The position numbers and the translations under genes are program-made. Below, piece after piece: positions 1 to 9,129 of a stretch of 64,000 nt of DNA; positions within the stretch are counted from its first letter, which is position 1, and every line of letters starts with the position of its first letter. The DNA comes from Patescibacteria group bacterium UBA924. GTDB taxonomy: Bacteria; Patescibacteriota; Microgenomatia; UBA1400; PJMF01. Location of the stretch: contig DBDU01000023.1 of assembly GCA_002293725.1 (NCBI GenBank), positions 2,700 through 66,699 on the forward strand, written 5' to 3'. Under the pieces are notes generated by a model that saw only the letters and a program-made list of their open reading frames with translations, searched no databases and had not been told where the DNA came from.

Positions 1-69
1 TGTAGCGGTGGCCACTAAAGCTGCTTGCAAGAAAAGGGTGGGAAGATGTTTGAGGGCGGGGGTGTTCAT
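1..69 (-). CDS. 5' end of a gene running off the window edge (MNTPALKHLPTLFLQAALVATAT...)
   Basis: ATG at 69, open to position 1; -10-like CATAAT 7 nt upstream; hydrophobic N-terminus. Confidence 0.45.
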   Translation of the reverse strand, partial: MNTPALKHLPTLFLQAALVATAT

Positions 70-201
70 ATCGCCCATTATGCATCCGACTGCAAATGTA
101 AGCAAGTTTTTCGCTTTTGCTGTGCTCTTCTCACTTTTGGTCGAGAATGGTAAAATCACACCTCTGTACGCAAGTACACGAAAAAGATTTTCTTTTTCGC
201 T

Positions 202-275
202 GGGCCTGTAGCTCACTTGGCTAGAGCGCTTCTATGGCATAGAAGAGGTAAGGGGTTCGATTCCCCTCAGGTCCA
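202..275 (+). tRNA. tRNA-Ala(GGC), CCA not encoded
   Basis: Acceptor stem GGGCCTG/CAGGTCC with G3:U70; anticodon arm CTTCT-ATGGCAT-AGAAG; T-loop GGTTCGATTCC. Confidence 0.96.
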
Positions 276-286
276 CTCTCCCCTGT

Positions 287-826
287 TTAGTTATACCAAT
301 CACTCGGATCAACTTCTCTGGTGGCTTGTCCTTCAACTACCACTACCTCAATTGGCTCGTGCGATGGGCAGCTCGCAAGCAGTCCACAAGTCACAAACTC
401 TGAGTAGTAGGCTCGGGTGTTGGGATTATCTAACGTCACTGCGTACACGTGGTACGTGCCGGCTGGCACTTCAATTTTGTAGCTACTTCCCTGCCGTTGT
501 TCGACACATGTCTCTAACTGAGTCGTCGTGTTCACCGCACAAATTTTTTGTGGTGGCAGCACTTCTGACGGAAAAGAGAGCGATCCTTGAATAAAGCCGA
601 CTTCGTTTGTTTCGGCTGGGGTCGGCGAAGCTGCAGTTTCTGCGAACGGTGTGGCTGGTACAAGTGTTTCTTCTACAGGAGTAATTACTATCTCAGGGAG
701 GCTGTTAGTTTGTAAACGTGTCCAGTACATGTATCCAAGACCACTTAGAGCGAGGAGGACAAAGAGAAGAATGACAATGAGTGGAGTGACACTACCCATC
801 CGCTGAGTTGATGACGGTTTTAGCAT
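287..826 (-). CDS. Membrane-anchored hypothetical protein with extracytoplasmic Cys-containing domain
   Basis: N-terminal TM helix, P/T linker, C-terminal beta domain with 4 Cys ending DWYN. Confidence 0.75.
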   Translation of the reverse strand: MLKPSSTQRMGSVTPLIVILLFVLLALSGLGYMYWTRLQTNSLPEIVITPVEETLVPATPFAETAASPTPAETNEVGFIQGSLSFPSEVLPPQKICAVNTTTQLETCVEQRQGSSYKIEVPAGTYHVYAVTLDNPNTRAYYSEFVTCGLLASCPSHEPIEVVVVEGQATREVDPSDWYN

Positions 827-1104
827 ACGGCTCTCCCCTTCTTTTAGCTGTGTACTGGTCTCGATGATAGCATGTTCTCAGAACGGCACATTGATTTACC
901 GCGATTTTTTGCGGCCTCTCTACAGACTTTTATAGGTCTAAATGGTACAATCTGGGTCTCCTTTTTGGTGACTCGAAGCCTGGTCGTCACGACCTCGCTG
1001 CTGAGCCGCAACTTAACATTGTGCATTTTAATTCGCATTCGCACACATCACATCTGCATATCTATCCGAAGTCCAACCGATTTTCTAAGAAAGAGGCAAG
1101 ATTC

Positions 1105-2640
1105 ATGAAGACGAACACTGGTGCCCTTCGGGCACAACAGGCTCTGTTACAGGAGCTTGTCAACTCGATGTCAGGCGAGACGACGCTGGAGCAAGCACTC
1201 GCTGACATCAACTCCCGCTTCCCTGCCAAGCTGTCCCTGATTTTGAAAGTTGAGGACGGCGTTGCCAAGCTGACGGTGACCAACACTGGCGGCAAGATGA
1301 AACGGACTGCCATTGTGCTGTTGCAAGACGCAGACAGTGAGCAGAAAATTGCCATCCCGGCATTGAACGCGGGCGAGTCCCGCGAGTATATCGCTGGCAC
1401 GCTGTTCGGCGAAGTCACGCTGCGGCGCAAGATTGGCGGTAAAGTTCAGGCAAAGGTCGTCTCCGATGACCGCTACAGCCTGACCGTTGTCCCCGTCTGG
1501 AGCGACGACGGCTCAGTTCTCCGACTCAACATGGTCAACGTCGGTGGCTCGATGCGCGAAGCAGGTATGGTCGTCGTGTTTAATGGCGAAACGTCCGTTC
1601 ACGACGGCACGCTCAAACTGGCGAAGGATGAAACCAGTAACATCTCGCTGGCCGCGGAGCTTTTCCCGGCTGGGGTGACGCAACTTCGGTTCGTCACCGC
1701 AAAGCAAGAAATGGTACTGGACATCCCCGCCCGTCCCATCTCACCGATACTGTGGGTGGTTTCCTCGCCGCGTTGGGTAGATGACCGCGTACAACTTGAC
1801 ATCACTAACAACGGCGACACGATGGTCAAAGCCGTTTCGTTGTATGTGGACACCACGCCCTACACCTCGGCGGCGGTGGCATTCGAGTCGGGTCAGACCT
1901 ATACACTGTCCCTCAACAACCCAGTGGTTGGCCAAACCAACCGCATTTGGATAGATGGACATCGGGTGCTGGACTTCGTTGTTCCCTCGCCCGAGCAAGC
2001 GCGGGAGACTGTCGAAACCACCGCGACCACCCTCGATGAGGCGCTCAAAGACCCCAACTTCCAGACGACGGCTCGCTGGGATGGGCGCGATAAGCTCGTC
2101 ATTACCCTGACCAATACCGGCGGGGCGATGGTTGCCCCGGAAGTCTGCCACATCTATCAAGGTGGCGCTACTACACTGGTCAATCAGACCGTCAACCTTG
2201 GTGCTGGCGAGTCAGTGGAGTTCGAAGTCGCTGGTGACTCCATTCAAGCAATGGTGACGGTGCTGAAGCTGTACGTGTCGCACCTCTACCCGGCGGATGA
2301 CATGACGATTCCGCTGCGCCCCGAACAAGTGTCGGCAGTCCCCGCCGCCGCGACCAAGCCGAAGTTCGAGTTCGGTGAACCGCAGTTGAACAACGGGGAA
2401 CTAACCATCGTCGTCACCAACGTCGGTGGCGCGATGACCAATCAAACCTACTTCATGGTGGAGGGACAGGTTACCAGAAATGAAGGTGACTACCTGACCC
2501 TCGGCGCTGGAGAGTCCGCCACGTTAAAGGGTGGGAAGCCTATCACTGAAGAAGCGATGAAAGTCTGGATTGGCGGCGAAGTTGCTCACGCTTTCCTCGT
2601 TCCCGAACCGGCAGGGGTGGTCGTCACTGAAGCCGAGTAA
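1105..2640 (+). CDS. Protein with five Ig/CARDB-like beta-sandwich repeats (xNxGGxM motif)
   Basis: Repeats TNTGGKM, VNVGGSM, TNNGDTM, TNTGGAM, TNVGGAM, several followed by L(G/N)AGES; ATG 1105 has AAGAGG upstream (track start 1021); GC-richer than flanks. Confidence 0.75.
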   Translation: MKTNTGALRAQQALLQELVNSMSGETTLEQALADINSRFPAKLSLILKVEDGVAKLTVTNTGGKMKRTAIVLLQDADSEQKIAIPALNAGESREYIAGTLFGEVTLRRKIGGKVQAKVVSDDRYSLTVVPVWSDDGSVLRLNMVNVGGSMREAGMVVVFNGETSVHDGTLKLAKDETSNISLAAELFPAGVTQLRFVTAKQEMVLDIPARPISPILWVVSSPRWVDDRVQLDITNNGDTMVKAVSLYVDTTPYTSAAVAFESGQTYTLSLNNPVVGQTNRIWIDGHRVLDFVVPSPEQARETVETTATTLDEALKDPNFQTTARWDGRDKLVITLTNTGGAMVAPEVCHIYQGGATTLVNQTVNLGAGESVEFEVAGDSIQAMVTVLKLYVSHLYPADDMTIPLRPEQVSAVPAAATKPKFEFGEPQLNNGELTIVVTNVGGAMTNQTYFMVEGQVTRNEGDYLTLGAGESATLKGGKPITEEAMKVWIGGEVAHAFLVPEPAGVVVTEAE

Positions 2641-2674
2641 GTACGGATTTGCACAAGTTAAACACAAAAGGGAG

Positions 2675-2710
2675 AAAAGGCCCCGTTGAAGTATCAACGG
2701 GGTCATTTTC
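2675..2710 (+). terminator. Intrinsic terminator
   Basis: GGCCCCGTTGA-AGTA-TCAACGGGGTC followed by ATTTTCGTTTT. Confidence 0.75.
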
Positions 2711-2738
2711 GTTTTAGGGGTAATTTCAGATGAAACAG

Positions 2739-2768
2739 AAAACCCTCGACATCATCAGACGTCGAGGG
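2739..2768 (-). terminator. Intrinsic terminator for the small minus-strand gene
   Basis: CCCTCGAC...GTCGAGGG stem followed by TTTT on the minus strand. Confidence 0.65.
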
Positions 2769-2789
2769 CCTTGTTTGGATGGGTGACGA

Positions 2790-2990
2790 CTAAGCGAGGA
2801 TGCGAGTGATGACACTCGCGACCACACCCGAGCCGCCAGCGATAAGCAATGACATACCATCTGGGCGAGGAACGGTCATGAAGATGCCGGCACCAACCAG
2901 CATCGTGACCAGAAATCCTGCCATAATGGCGATGTTGTTTCGACGCTGGGCGGGTCGTTCGCCCAAATACTGCTGTTGTCCACGTCCCAC
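2790..2990 (-). CDS. Small two-TM membrane protein
   Basis: Two hydrophobic helices; AAGGAG 8 nt before GTG 2990 (track start 3059); own terminator. Confidence 0.55.
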   Translation of the reverse strand: MGRGQQQYLGERPAQRRNNIAIMAGFLVTMLVGAGIFMTVPRPDGMSLLIAGGSGVVASVITRILA

Positions 2991-3102
2991 GCAACACACT
3001 CCTTTAACTAGGTCACCATAAAAGTAATTTTCTATGGCGCGTTTGGACTGGCAGTTCAAGATTATATCAAAAAAGAGGTTGAAAACAAATAGTTATAGGA
3101 CT

Positions 3103-3318
3103 TTACTTCAGTGAAGTCTTTTGCTGCTTGAGAAGATGCTTGGCTTCTTCGGTAGCATCCATACACAGCTGAAGGAGTTCAGATATCCGCGGGTCTGCCC
3201 TCCCCTGCACTTCTGGCTGACAATACTGCCACTCTTTTTTAAGTTCGGGAAGGCAGAGACTCAGTACGGCAAGTGGACCAGCAAGATCATGGAGAAACTG
3301 TGCATTAGCTTTTGGCAT
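3103..3318 (-). CDS. Stand-alone HisKA/DHp-like small protein
   Basis: H-box-like FLHDLAGPL; overlaps end of the response regulator; no sensor or HATPase domain. Confidence 0.55.
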   Translation of the reverse strand: MPKANAQFLHDLAGPLAVLSLCLPELKKEWQYCQPEVQGRADPRISELLQLCMDATEEAKHLLKQQKTSLK

Positions 3319-3979
3319 ATCTAGAACTGAAGCGATATCCTACGCCATATACTGTTTCAACTACCTTGGTTTTGCTCAGACAGCGCAATTTTCTGCGGAG
3401 GTTTTTGATCAAAGCTTGTAACGAGTTTTCGGTGTTGTCTTCTTTTTTTAAAGCAAGTAGTAACTGATTCCGTGTTAATGTCCGATCGTGATGCTCCATT
3501 AACGTGGCCAATAGCCGTGTCTCTAAGCTGGTGAGACGAAGTGCTTTATCGCCTTTTTTCAGACGATGGTCTTCTACTTCTAAACACAGCTCACTGCAGC
3601 AGATTACTTGCCGATGAAGGAAGTTTCCTCTTCGTTGTAGGGCTTCTAATCTTGCTCTCAACTCTGCTGCGACAAAAGGTTTTGTCAGGTAGTCATCAGC
3701 GCCTGCGCGTAATGCAGTAACTTTAGAATGTGTATCGCACCTTCCCGACAGTACCAAAACTTTTGCGAGCTCAAGGTCGTCACCGGACTGTCGACAGAAC
3801 TCAAGTCCTGACCCATCGGGAAGATGAAGGTCAACAATGAAGATGTCGAAGGATCGCTGCGCTACTTGATCGAAGGCTTGTTGGCACGAGCACGCGTGCG
3901 TAACTTGGTGATACGGACGAAGGATGTCCTGTACACTGGTTGCCGTAGGCAGGTGATCTTCGACGAGTAAGATCTCCAT
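3305..3979 (-). CDS. OmpR/PhoB-family response regulator
   Basis: ILLVED, DLHLPDGSG, GADDYLTKPF, C-terminal ETVYGVGYRF winged helix. Confidence 0.93.
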   Translation of the reverse strand: MEILLVEDHLPTATSVQDILRPYHQVTHACSCQQAFDQVAQRSFDIFIVDLHLPDGSGLEFCRQSGDDLELAKVLVLSGRCDTHSKVTALRAGADDYLTKPFVAAELRARLEALQRRGNFLHRQVICCSELCLEVEDHRLKKGDKALRLTSLETRLLATLMEHHDRTLTRNQLLLALKKEDNTENSLQALIKNLRRKLRCLSKTKVVETVYGVGYRFSSRYAKS

Positions 3980-4037
3980 GTCGGGATATTATAAAAACAG
4001 TCCTGTAGAAACAAAGGCGTAATTGATGTGTTTTGAT

Positions 4038-5717
4038 CTAATACATGAACTCGCCTTCTGAAGTTGGTCGAGTGATCCGATACACATTTACTCCCATCGG
4101 ATTGTCATTGCTGCCGATTAACAGTGAACGTTCCACCTTTTGGTAGTCGGCTTGTGTGTAGTTTAAAAGGTAAAAGAGAATGAATGGTTCAAGGCACTCT
4201 TGTTGAGCGATTTCTTCTGAGATGTCATACAGACCGTTTTGATTCTTCCACTGATGGCAGACGAGGTAGATCACATCAGCTGGCGTACTAAAGGTATATG
4301 CAAGGTTGTTGTGATCGCTCTTCAGCTTTGCATAGGATCTCCCTTCCTCTTCTTCTACAAAACTTAAGAAAGCAGGTGTGAACCAGCCTGGTGTTGCCCA
4401 GCTGGTATAGTCGGTCAACACGAAGTTTTGGTAGTGAGGTCTTTCGGTCCGAAGCTGAGCATAGTCCGCCATAATCTGTTCGGTAATTTTTTTGGCAGCA
4501 GTAACTTCATTCGAGTACTTCTCTGCAATTGGGAGTGCCTGTAAACTCCTCCACTCTAGAGCGAAGAATGTGATGGCGGTAACAGCTAAAACACTTAGTA
4601 TTTTTTTCCCACTGCACCCCGCGTGTTGCAGAAAAATAAAGACGACGATCGGAATGAGTAACAACGCCAACGCTTGATATTGCGTAGTGTATGCACTGCC
4701 AGTGAAGTGAATCTGACCAGCTTGGAGGAACACTAGATGATTTAAGAAATAGGTCGAAAGGTAGAAGAAGTAGATTCGAAACGCAGCAGATATCTTGGGT
4801 TGAAAGAACAACCAAAAACCCAGGAGCCAAAAGAGCATCCAAACAACTGGCAGCAGTTCAGAAAAACTGGTGAAGGAATATACTCGCTGGAGGAAGTCGT
4901 AGATGGCAGCAACGTGCAGCTCCCAAGTTGCCCAAGCACCCTGAGCGGGAACATTTTCTAAAGTTGTTTGTTGAGAGAACAGCAGAAAACGAAGCGGTGA
5001 GCTGAAAGTAGTAACCATCCAAAAAACTGAACATCCTAAGAAAGAAATAAGCAGAGCGGCTGCTTTCTCCAAAGGTGGGTGGATGTTTCGACGCCAGACC
5101 AAGAACGTCATCAACAGAACCCCCGGCGCCAAGGTCAGTAAACCATAATGCAGTAACACTCCAAACGTAAAGACGAAGTGTAAGAAGATGAGTCGTCGGA
5201 GTGATGGACATTTCCACACCCACAGCGAGACGGCGACGATGATCAGCGCAAACGAAGGTAAAAAGTTACGTTGGTAAACAGAGAGTTGGTATTGAGCCAG
5301 AGTAGTATTGATGGCTAACAGAGCCAAACACGCCAGACCTAACCACTTTCCGCCAACTTGCCTCCCAATCTCCCACCCCGCTAGGAGGGCCAGAACGCCA
5401 AAAAAAGTAAAGGAGTACATGACTGAAAGGCTACTTTTCCCCACCATCCAGAAGAGCGCCAAGATATTGTAGTAGATAATTGAGTTATTCAGGACGCCTT
5501 GCCCTGCTCCGGCAAAAGGACGAACTGTCCCTACTGTTCCCGACTCATAGATTTTCTTAGCGATCAGCATGTCTCGAGCTGAGTCATCAAACCACTGCGT
5601 CCGAGCATACAAGTTGCTAAAACGACTGTAGAACGCCAACCCCATCACTGCGCAAAAAAGGAGAACATACACCATGGAAGAAGGCTGTCGAAGCCAGGTA
5701 CGAAGGAAAGTGCGCAT
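4038..5717 (-). CDS. Multi-TM GT-C-fold glycosyltransferase (ArnT/PMT-like)
   Basis: More than 10 TM segments; N-terminal DDSARD loop typical of polyprenyl-phosphate-sugar transferases. Confidence 0.7.
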   Translation of the reverse strand: MRTFLRTWLRQPSSMVYVLLFCAVMGLAFYSRFSNLYARTQWFDDSARDMLIAKKIYESGTVGTVRPFAGAGQGVLNNSIIYYNILALFWMVGKSSLSVMYSFTFFGVLALLAGWEIGRQVGGKWLGLACLALLAINTTLAQYQLSVYQRNFLPSFALIIVAVSLWVWKCPSLRRLIFLHFVFTFGVLLHYGLLTLAPGVLLMTFLVWRRNIHPPLEKAAALLISFLGCSVFWMVTTFSSPLRFLLFSQQTTLENVPAQGAWATWELHVAAIYDFLQRVYSFTSFSELLPVVWMLFWLLGFWLFFQPKISAAFRIYFFYLSTYFLNHLVFLQAGQIHFTGSAYTTQYQALALLLIPIVVFIFLQHAGCSGKKILSVLAVTAITFFALEWRSLQALPIAEKYSNEVTAAKKITEQIMADYAQLRTERPHYQNFVLTDYTSWATPGWFTPAFLSFVEEEEGRSYAKLKSDHNNLAYTFSTPADVIYLVCHQWKNQNGLYDISEEIAQQECLEPFILFYLLNYTQADYQKVERSLLIGSNDNPMGVNVYRITRPTSEGEFMY

Positions 5718-5806
5718 GGATCAAAGTTGTGTCTGTCTGTGTTGAAAAGTAGTCACCAGCAAGAATACCAACTTTTAACCCACTTTGCTTGAGTATCTGT
5801 AAAAAC

Positions 5807-8614
5807 TTACTCTGCTTTGGCTGGAGCTTCTGCTTCACCTTCAACGTCAGTGACTTCATTGGTGACGGCGACCGCAACGACTTTGTCGCCTGCCTTTGGC
5901 CGCATTAAGATCACGCCTTGAGTCGGACGAGTCAGAACTGGAATACACTCATCAGTTAATGGCATCTTGATCATCTGTCCCGATTCAGTCGTTAAGACAA
6001 TTTCTTTATTCAGCTCTGTCACCATCATGGCTGAGACGACGTTCCCGGTTTTCTTGGTGATTTCAGCCACTTTGACACCTTGGCCAGCACGTTTTTGAAC
6101 TGGGTATTGAGATAAGTCGGTTCGTTTTCCGAGACCATTCTCTGTGACAAGCAAGAGCTGTCTAGTTTCTGCATCCTGACTGAGTGCTTCTACGCCCACA
6201 ACGAAGTCATCTTTCTTCAGCTCAATGCCTTTAACGCCCTGGGTGTCCCGATTCGAGCTCTTAACTTCAGTCTCACTGAAGCGAATTGACTTTCCTTGAT
6301 GACTAATCAACATCAGCTCATCTTTGCCATTCGTCACCTTACCCCAAACTAACTCATCGTTATCTTTAAGTAAGATAGCAATGATGCCGTTTTGACGAAT
6401 GTTTTGGTACAGCTTGACGGCAGTTTTCTTGACTAATCCCTGGCGAGTGGCCAAGGTGATGTAACAGTCTTTGTCCCCTACTTCATCAAGGATTAAGATA
6501 CTGCGGACGGTCTCACCATTTCCACGGAGGTTGACCAGGTTAACCAAAGCAGTTCCCTTGGCTTGTCGACCGCTTTCAGGAATCTCAAAAGCTTTTAATC
6601 TGAAGACACGACCTTGATTGGTGAAAAGTAGCAAGCTGTCGTGGGTATTTGCAGTCAAGATACTATGAACGGCATCTTCGTCTTTCGTTTTAATACCGAT
6701 TGCCCCTTTGCCCCCACGATGTTGTGAGCGAAGTGCACTGGGACTATAACGTTTGATGTAACCCGTTTGTGTTAAGGTGATGACGGTTGCTTCATTAGCA
6801 ATTAAGTCTTGCTCGCTGAACTCGCCAATCTTGCCTTTAACTAACTTGGTGCGGCGTTTGTCTCCGTACTGCTCGATCATCTCTTTGGTCTCAGTAGCAA
6901 TGACATCTAAGATATTCTTTGGTGAGATCAACAGAGTGATCAGCTTATCCATGAGCTCTTTAAGCGCTTTGTACTCGTCTTCAATTTTTTGACGCTCCAG
7001 TGCAGCCAAGCGTTTCAGCTGCATCTCTAAGATGGCTGTGGCTTGAATTTCAGACAAGCCAAACTTCTTCATTAACGAGGCTCGAGCGGTGTCTGTGTCA
7101 GCAGACTTGCGAATAGTTGCGATAACGTCATCTAAGTGACCTAAGGCAATTAATAAACCCTCTAAGACATGAGCACGGGCGCGTGCTTCGGACAGCTCAA
7201 ACTGTGCGCGGCGGACAACCACTAGCTGCCGGTGGCTAATATACTCACCCAAGACGTGCTTGATGTTCATCAGCTGAGGAGTTCCCTCACTGTTGAGTGC
7301 CACGACGTTCATTGGGAAGCTACTTTGGAGCTCAGTGTACTTGAACAGTGAGTTAAGTACCACTTTTGGTCTGGCGTCACGCTTCAACTCAATAGTGATC
7401 TGCATACCGGTGCGGTCAGAGTCGTCATTGAGATCTTTAATGCCGTCAATCTTTTTGTTGCGGACGAGGTCCGCAATCTTCATGATTAAGCGGGCTTTAT
7501 TTACTTGATATGGAATCTCGGTTACCAGAATCTTAAAGTTGCCTTTTTTGTCTTCGACAATCTCCGTTTTGGCTCGCACAACGACCTTACCCTTACCAGT
7601 GTGATACGCCTCTTTGATTGCTTGGAAGTCGTACATGATTCCGCCGGTTGGGAAGTCAGGACCTTGGATGTACTCCATGATCTCGTCGATTGATATCTGA
7701 CTGCTAAACGCACCCGCTAAGCTGCGAGCATCCGAGGCTAAGAGCGCATCAATCTTGGCGTTGTGATCTTTAATTGATTGGGGATCAACTTTCTTAGTTT
7801 CTTTCTCGTCTAAGGAAACTGGGGCGGTGACAGCAACTGACTCACCCGTGGTAAGCATGGCTAAAATCGCCTCGGACACTTCAGTCAGGTTATGTGGTGG
7901 GATCTTGGTCGCCATACCGACGGCGATACCCTCTGAACCCATTAACAACAAGTTTGGCAAGCGGGTTGGTAAGACAGTTGGTTCTTGCAGTGAGCCATCA
8001 AAGTTGTTCTCAAACTGTACCGTTTTCTTGTCGATATCACCTAACAGCTCTTTAGAAATCTTTGCCAACCGTGCTTCGGTGTAACGCATGGCAGCAGGGC
8101 TGTCACCATCAACGGAACCAAAGTTACCTTGGCCGTCGACCAACGGATACCGCATGCTAAAGTCTTGGGCTAAACGAACCAAAGCTGAGTAGACAGAAGA
8201 GTCACCATGAGGGTGATACCGTCCCAGCACGTCTCCAACGATACGAGCACATTTCTTGTAGGCACTGGTGTGGTGAATACCACTCTTGTACATCGAGTAC
8301 AAGATGCGGCGGTGGACTGGCTTTAAGCCGTCACGGACGTCAGGCAAAGCCCGTGAGACGATCACACTCATCGCATAATCGAGGTATGACTTCTCCATCT
8401 CCGAGATAATGGAGATGTGCTTGATTTTGCCGAACTTATCTTCCGTAATCGAGTTAATACTCGGTCCTTCGTACTCAACAGCTACCTGTGTCTCACCCGA
8501 CATTCTGGGCTCACCGACTTGTTCAGCTTGCTCAGTTTCAGCTAGCTCTACAGCATCATCAAGAATGTCTTTATCGATATCTTGATCGTGGGATGTGTCG
8601 TTCCCGTCCACCAT
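5807..8614 (-). CDS. gyrA: DNA gyrase subunit A
   Basis: [30 protein letters not shown] catalytic Tyr, GyrA-box QHRGGKG, pinwheel repeats. Confidence 0.98.
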   Translation of the reverse strand: MVDGNDTSHDQDIDKDILDDAVELAETEQAEQVGEPRMSGETQVAVEYEGPSINSITEDKFGKIKHISIISEMEKSYLDYAMSVIVSRALPDVRDGLKPVHRRILYSMYKSGIHHTSAYKKCARIVGDVLGRYHPHGDSSVYSALVRLAQDFSMRYPLVDGQGNFGSVDGDSPAAMRYTEARLAKISKELLGDIDKKTVQFENNFDGSLQEPTVLPTRLPNLLLMGSEGIAVGMATKIPPHNLTEVSEAILAMLTTGESVAVTAPVSLDEKETKKVDPQSIKDHNAKIDALLASDARSLAGAFSSQISIDEIMEYIQGPDFPTGGIMYDFQAIKEAYHTGKGKVVVRAKTEIVEDKKGNFKILVTEIPYQVNKARLIMKIADLVRNKKIDGIKDLNDDSDRTGMQITIELKRDARPKVVLNSLFKYTELQSSFPMNVVALNSEGTPQLMNIKHVLGEYISHRQLVVVRRAQFELSEARARAHVLEGLLIALGHLDDVIATIRKSADTDTARASLMKKFGLSEIQATAILEMQLKRLAALERQKIEDEYKALKELMDKLITLLISPKNILDVIATETKEMIEQYGDKRRTKLVKGKIGEFSEQDLIANEATVITLTQTGYIKRYSPSALRSQHRGGKGAIGIKTKDEDAVHSILTANTHDSLLLFTNQGRVFRLKAFEIPESGRQAKGTALVNLVNLRGNGETVRSILILDEVGDKDCYITLATRQGLVKKTAVKLYQNIRQNGIIAILLKDNDELVWGKVTNGKDELMLISHQGKSIRFSETEVKSSNRDTQGVKGIELKKDDFVVGVEALSQDAETRQLLLVTENGLGKRTDLSQYPVQKRAGQGVKVAEITKKTGNVVSAMMVTELNKEIVLTTESGQMIKMPLTDECIPVLTRPTQGVILMRPKAGDKVVAVAVTNEVTDVEGEAEAPAKAE

Positions 8615-8623
8615 ACGTTTCCT

Positions 8624-9118
8624 TTAGGCTGCCTTACTCATGGCCTCTTGTAATTCTTTAAGTGCTTCTGCTTTACCAACAAACTTGTTGATCTTGACCC
8701 ACTTATCTTTTTCCAGATCTTTGTAGTGCTCGAAGAAGTGCTTAATGCGATCTAATCGATATTGAGGAACATCGCTCAGATCTTCCCAGCCACCACAAAC
8801 GTAGTCTTGTTTTGCTTTGGCTGGTACACAAATTAACTTGTGATCAATTCCTTCTTCGTCTTCCATTTCCAACATACCGATGACTCGAGCTTTCATCCAT
8901 GAGCCAGGCATGACTGGTTGTACAGTTAAAAGTAACGCATCGAGTAAGTCGCCATCTTTACCTTTGGCACCCTCAATTAAACCGTAGTTTTCTGGGTAAG
9001 CCATTGGCGTTGGCACGAAGCGGTCAACGTAAATACGACCGTTCTCTTCATCTTGTTCGTACTTGATGGAAGATCCAGCTGGGATCTCGATCATCACTTC
9101 AATGACAGTGTCAGACAT
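8624..9118 (-). CDS. ppa: Family I inorganic pyrophosphatase
   Basis: IEIPAGSSIKYE, YPENYG, DGDLLD, IKHFFEHYKDLE. Confidence 0.96.
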   Translation of the reverse strand: MSDTVIEVMIEIPAGSSIKYEQDEENGRIYVDRFVPTPMAYPENYGLIEGAKGKDGDLLDALLLTVQPVMPGSWMKARVIGMLEMEDEEGIDHKLICVPAKAKQDYVCGGWEDLSDVPQYRLDRIKHFFEHYKDLEKDKWVKINKFVGKAEALKELQEAMSKAA

Positions 9119-9129
9119 ACTTTCCCTTT

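Noticed and set aside
217-594. Antisense or overlapping ORFs in the track (e.g. 217..594, 24631..25104, 36988..37263, 59036..59272, 63311..63748)
   Set aside because: Shadows of tRNAs or well-supported genes, with no motifs or initiation signals.
1021-1104. His-rich N-terminal extension or His attenuator (MHFNSHSHTSHLH)
   Set aside because: In frame with the main ORF, with no stop, terminator or his-related gene; the RBS favours ATG 1105.
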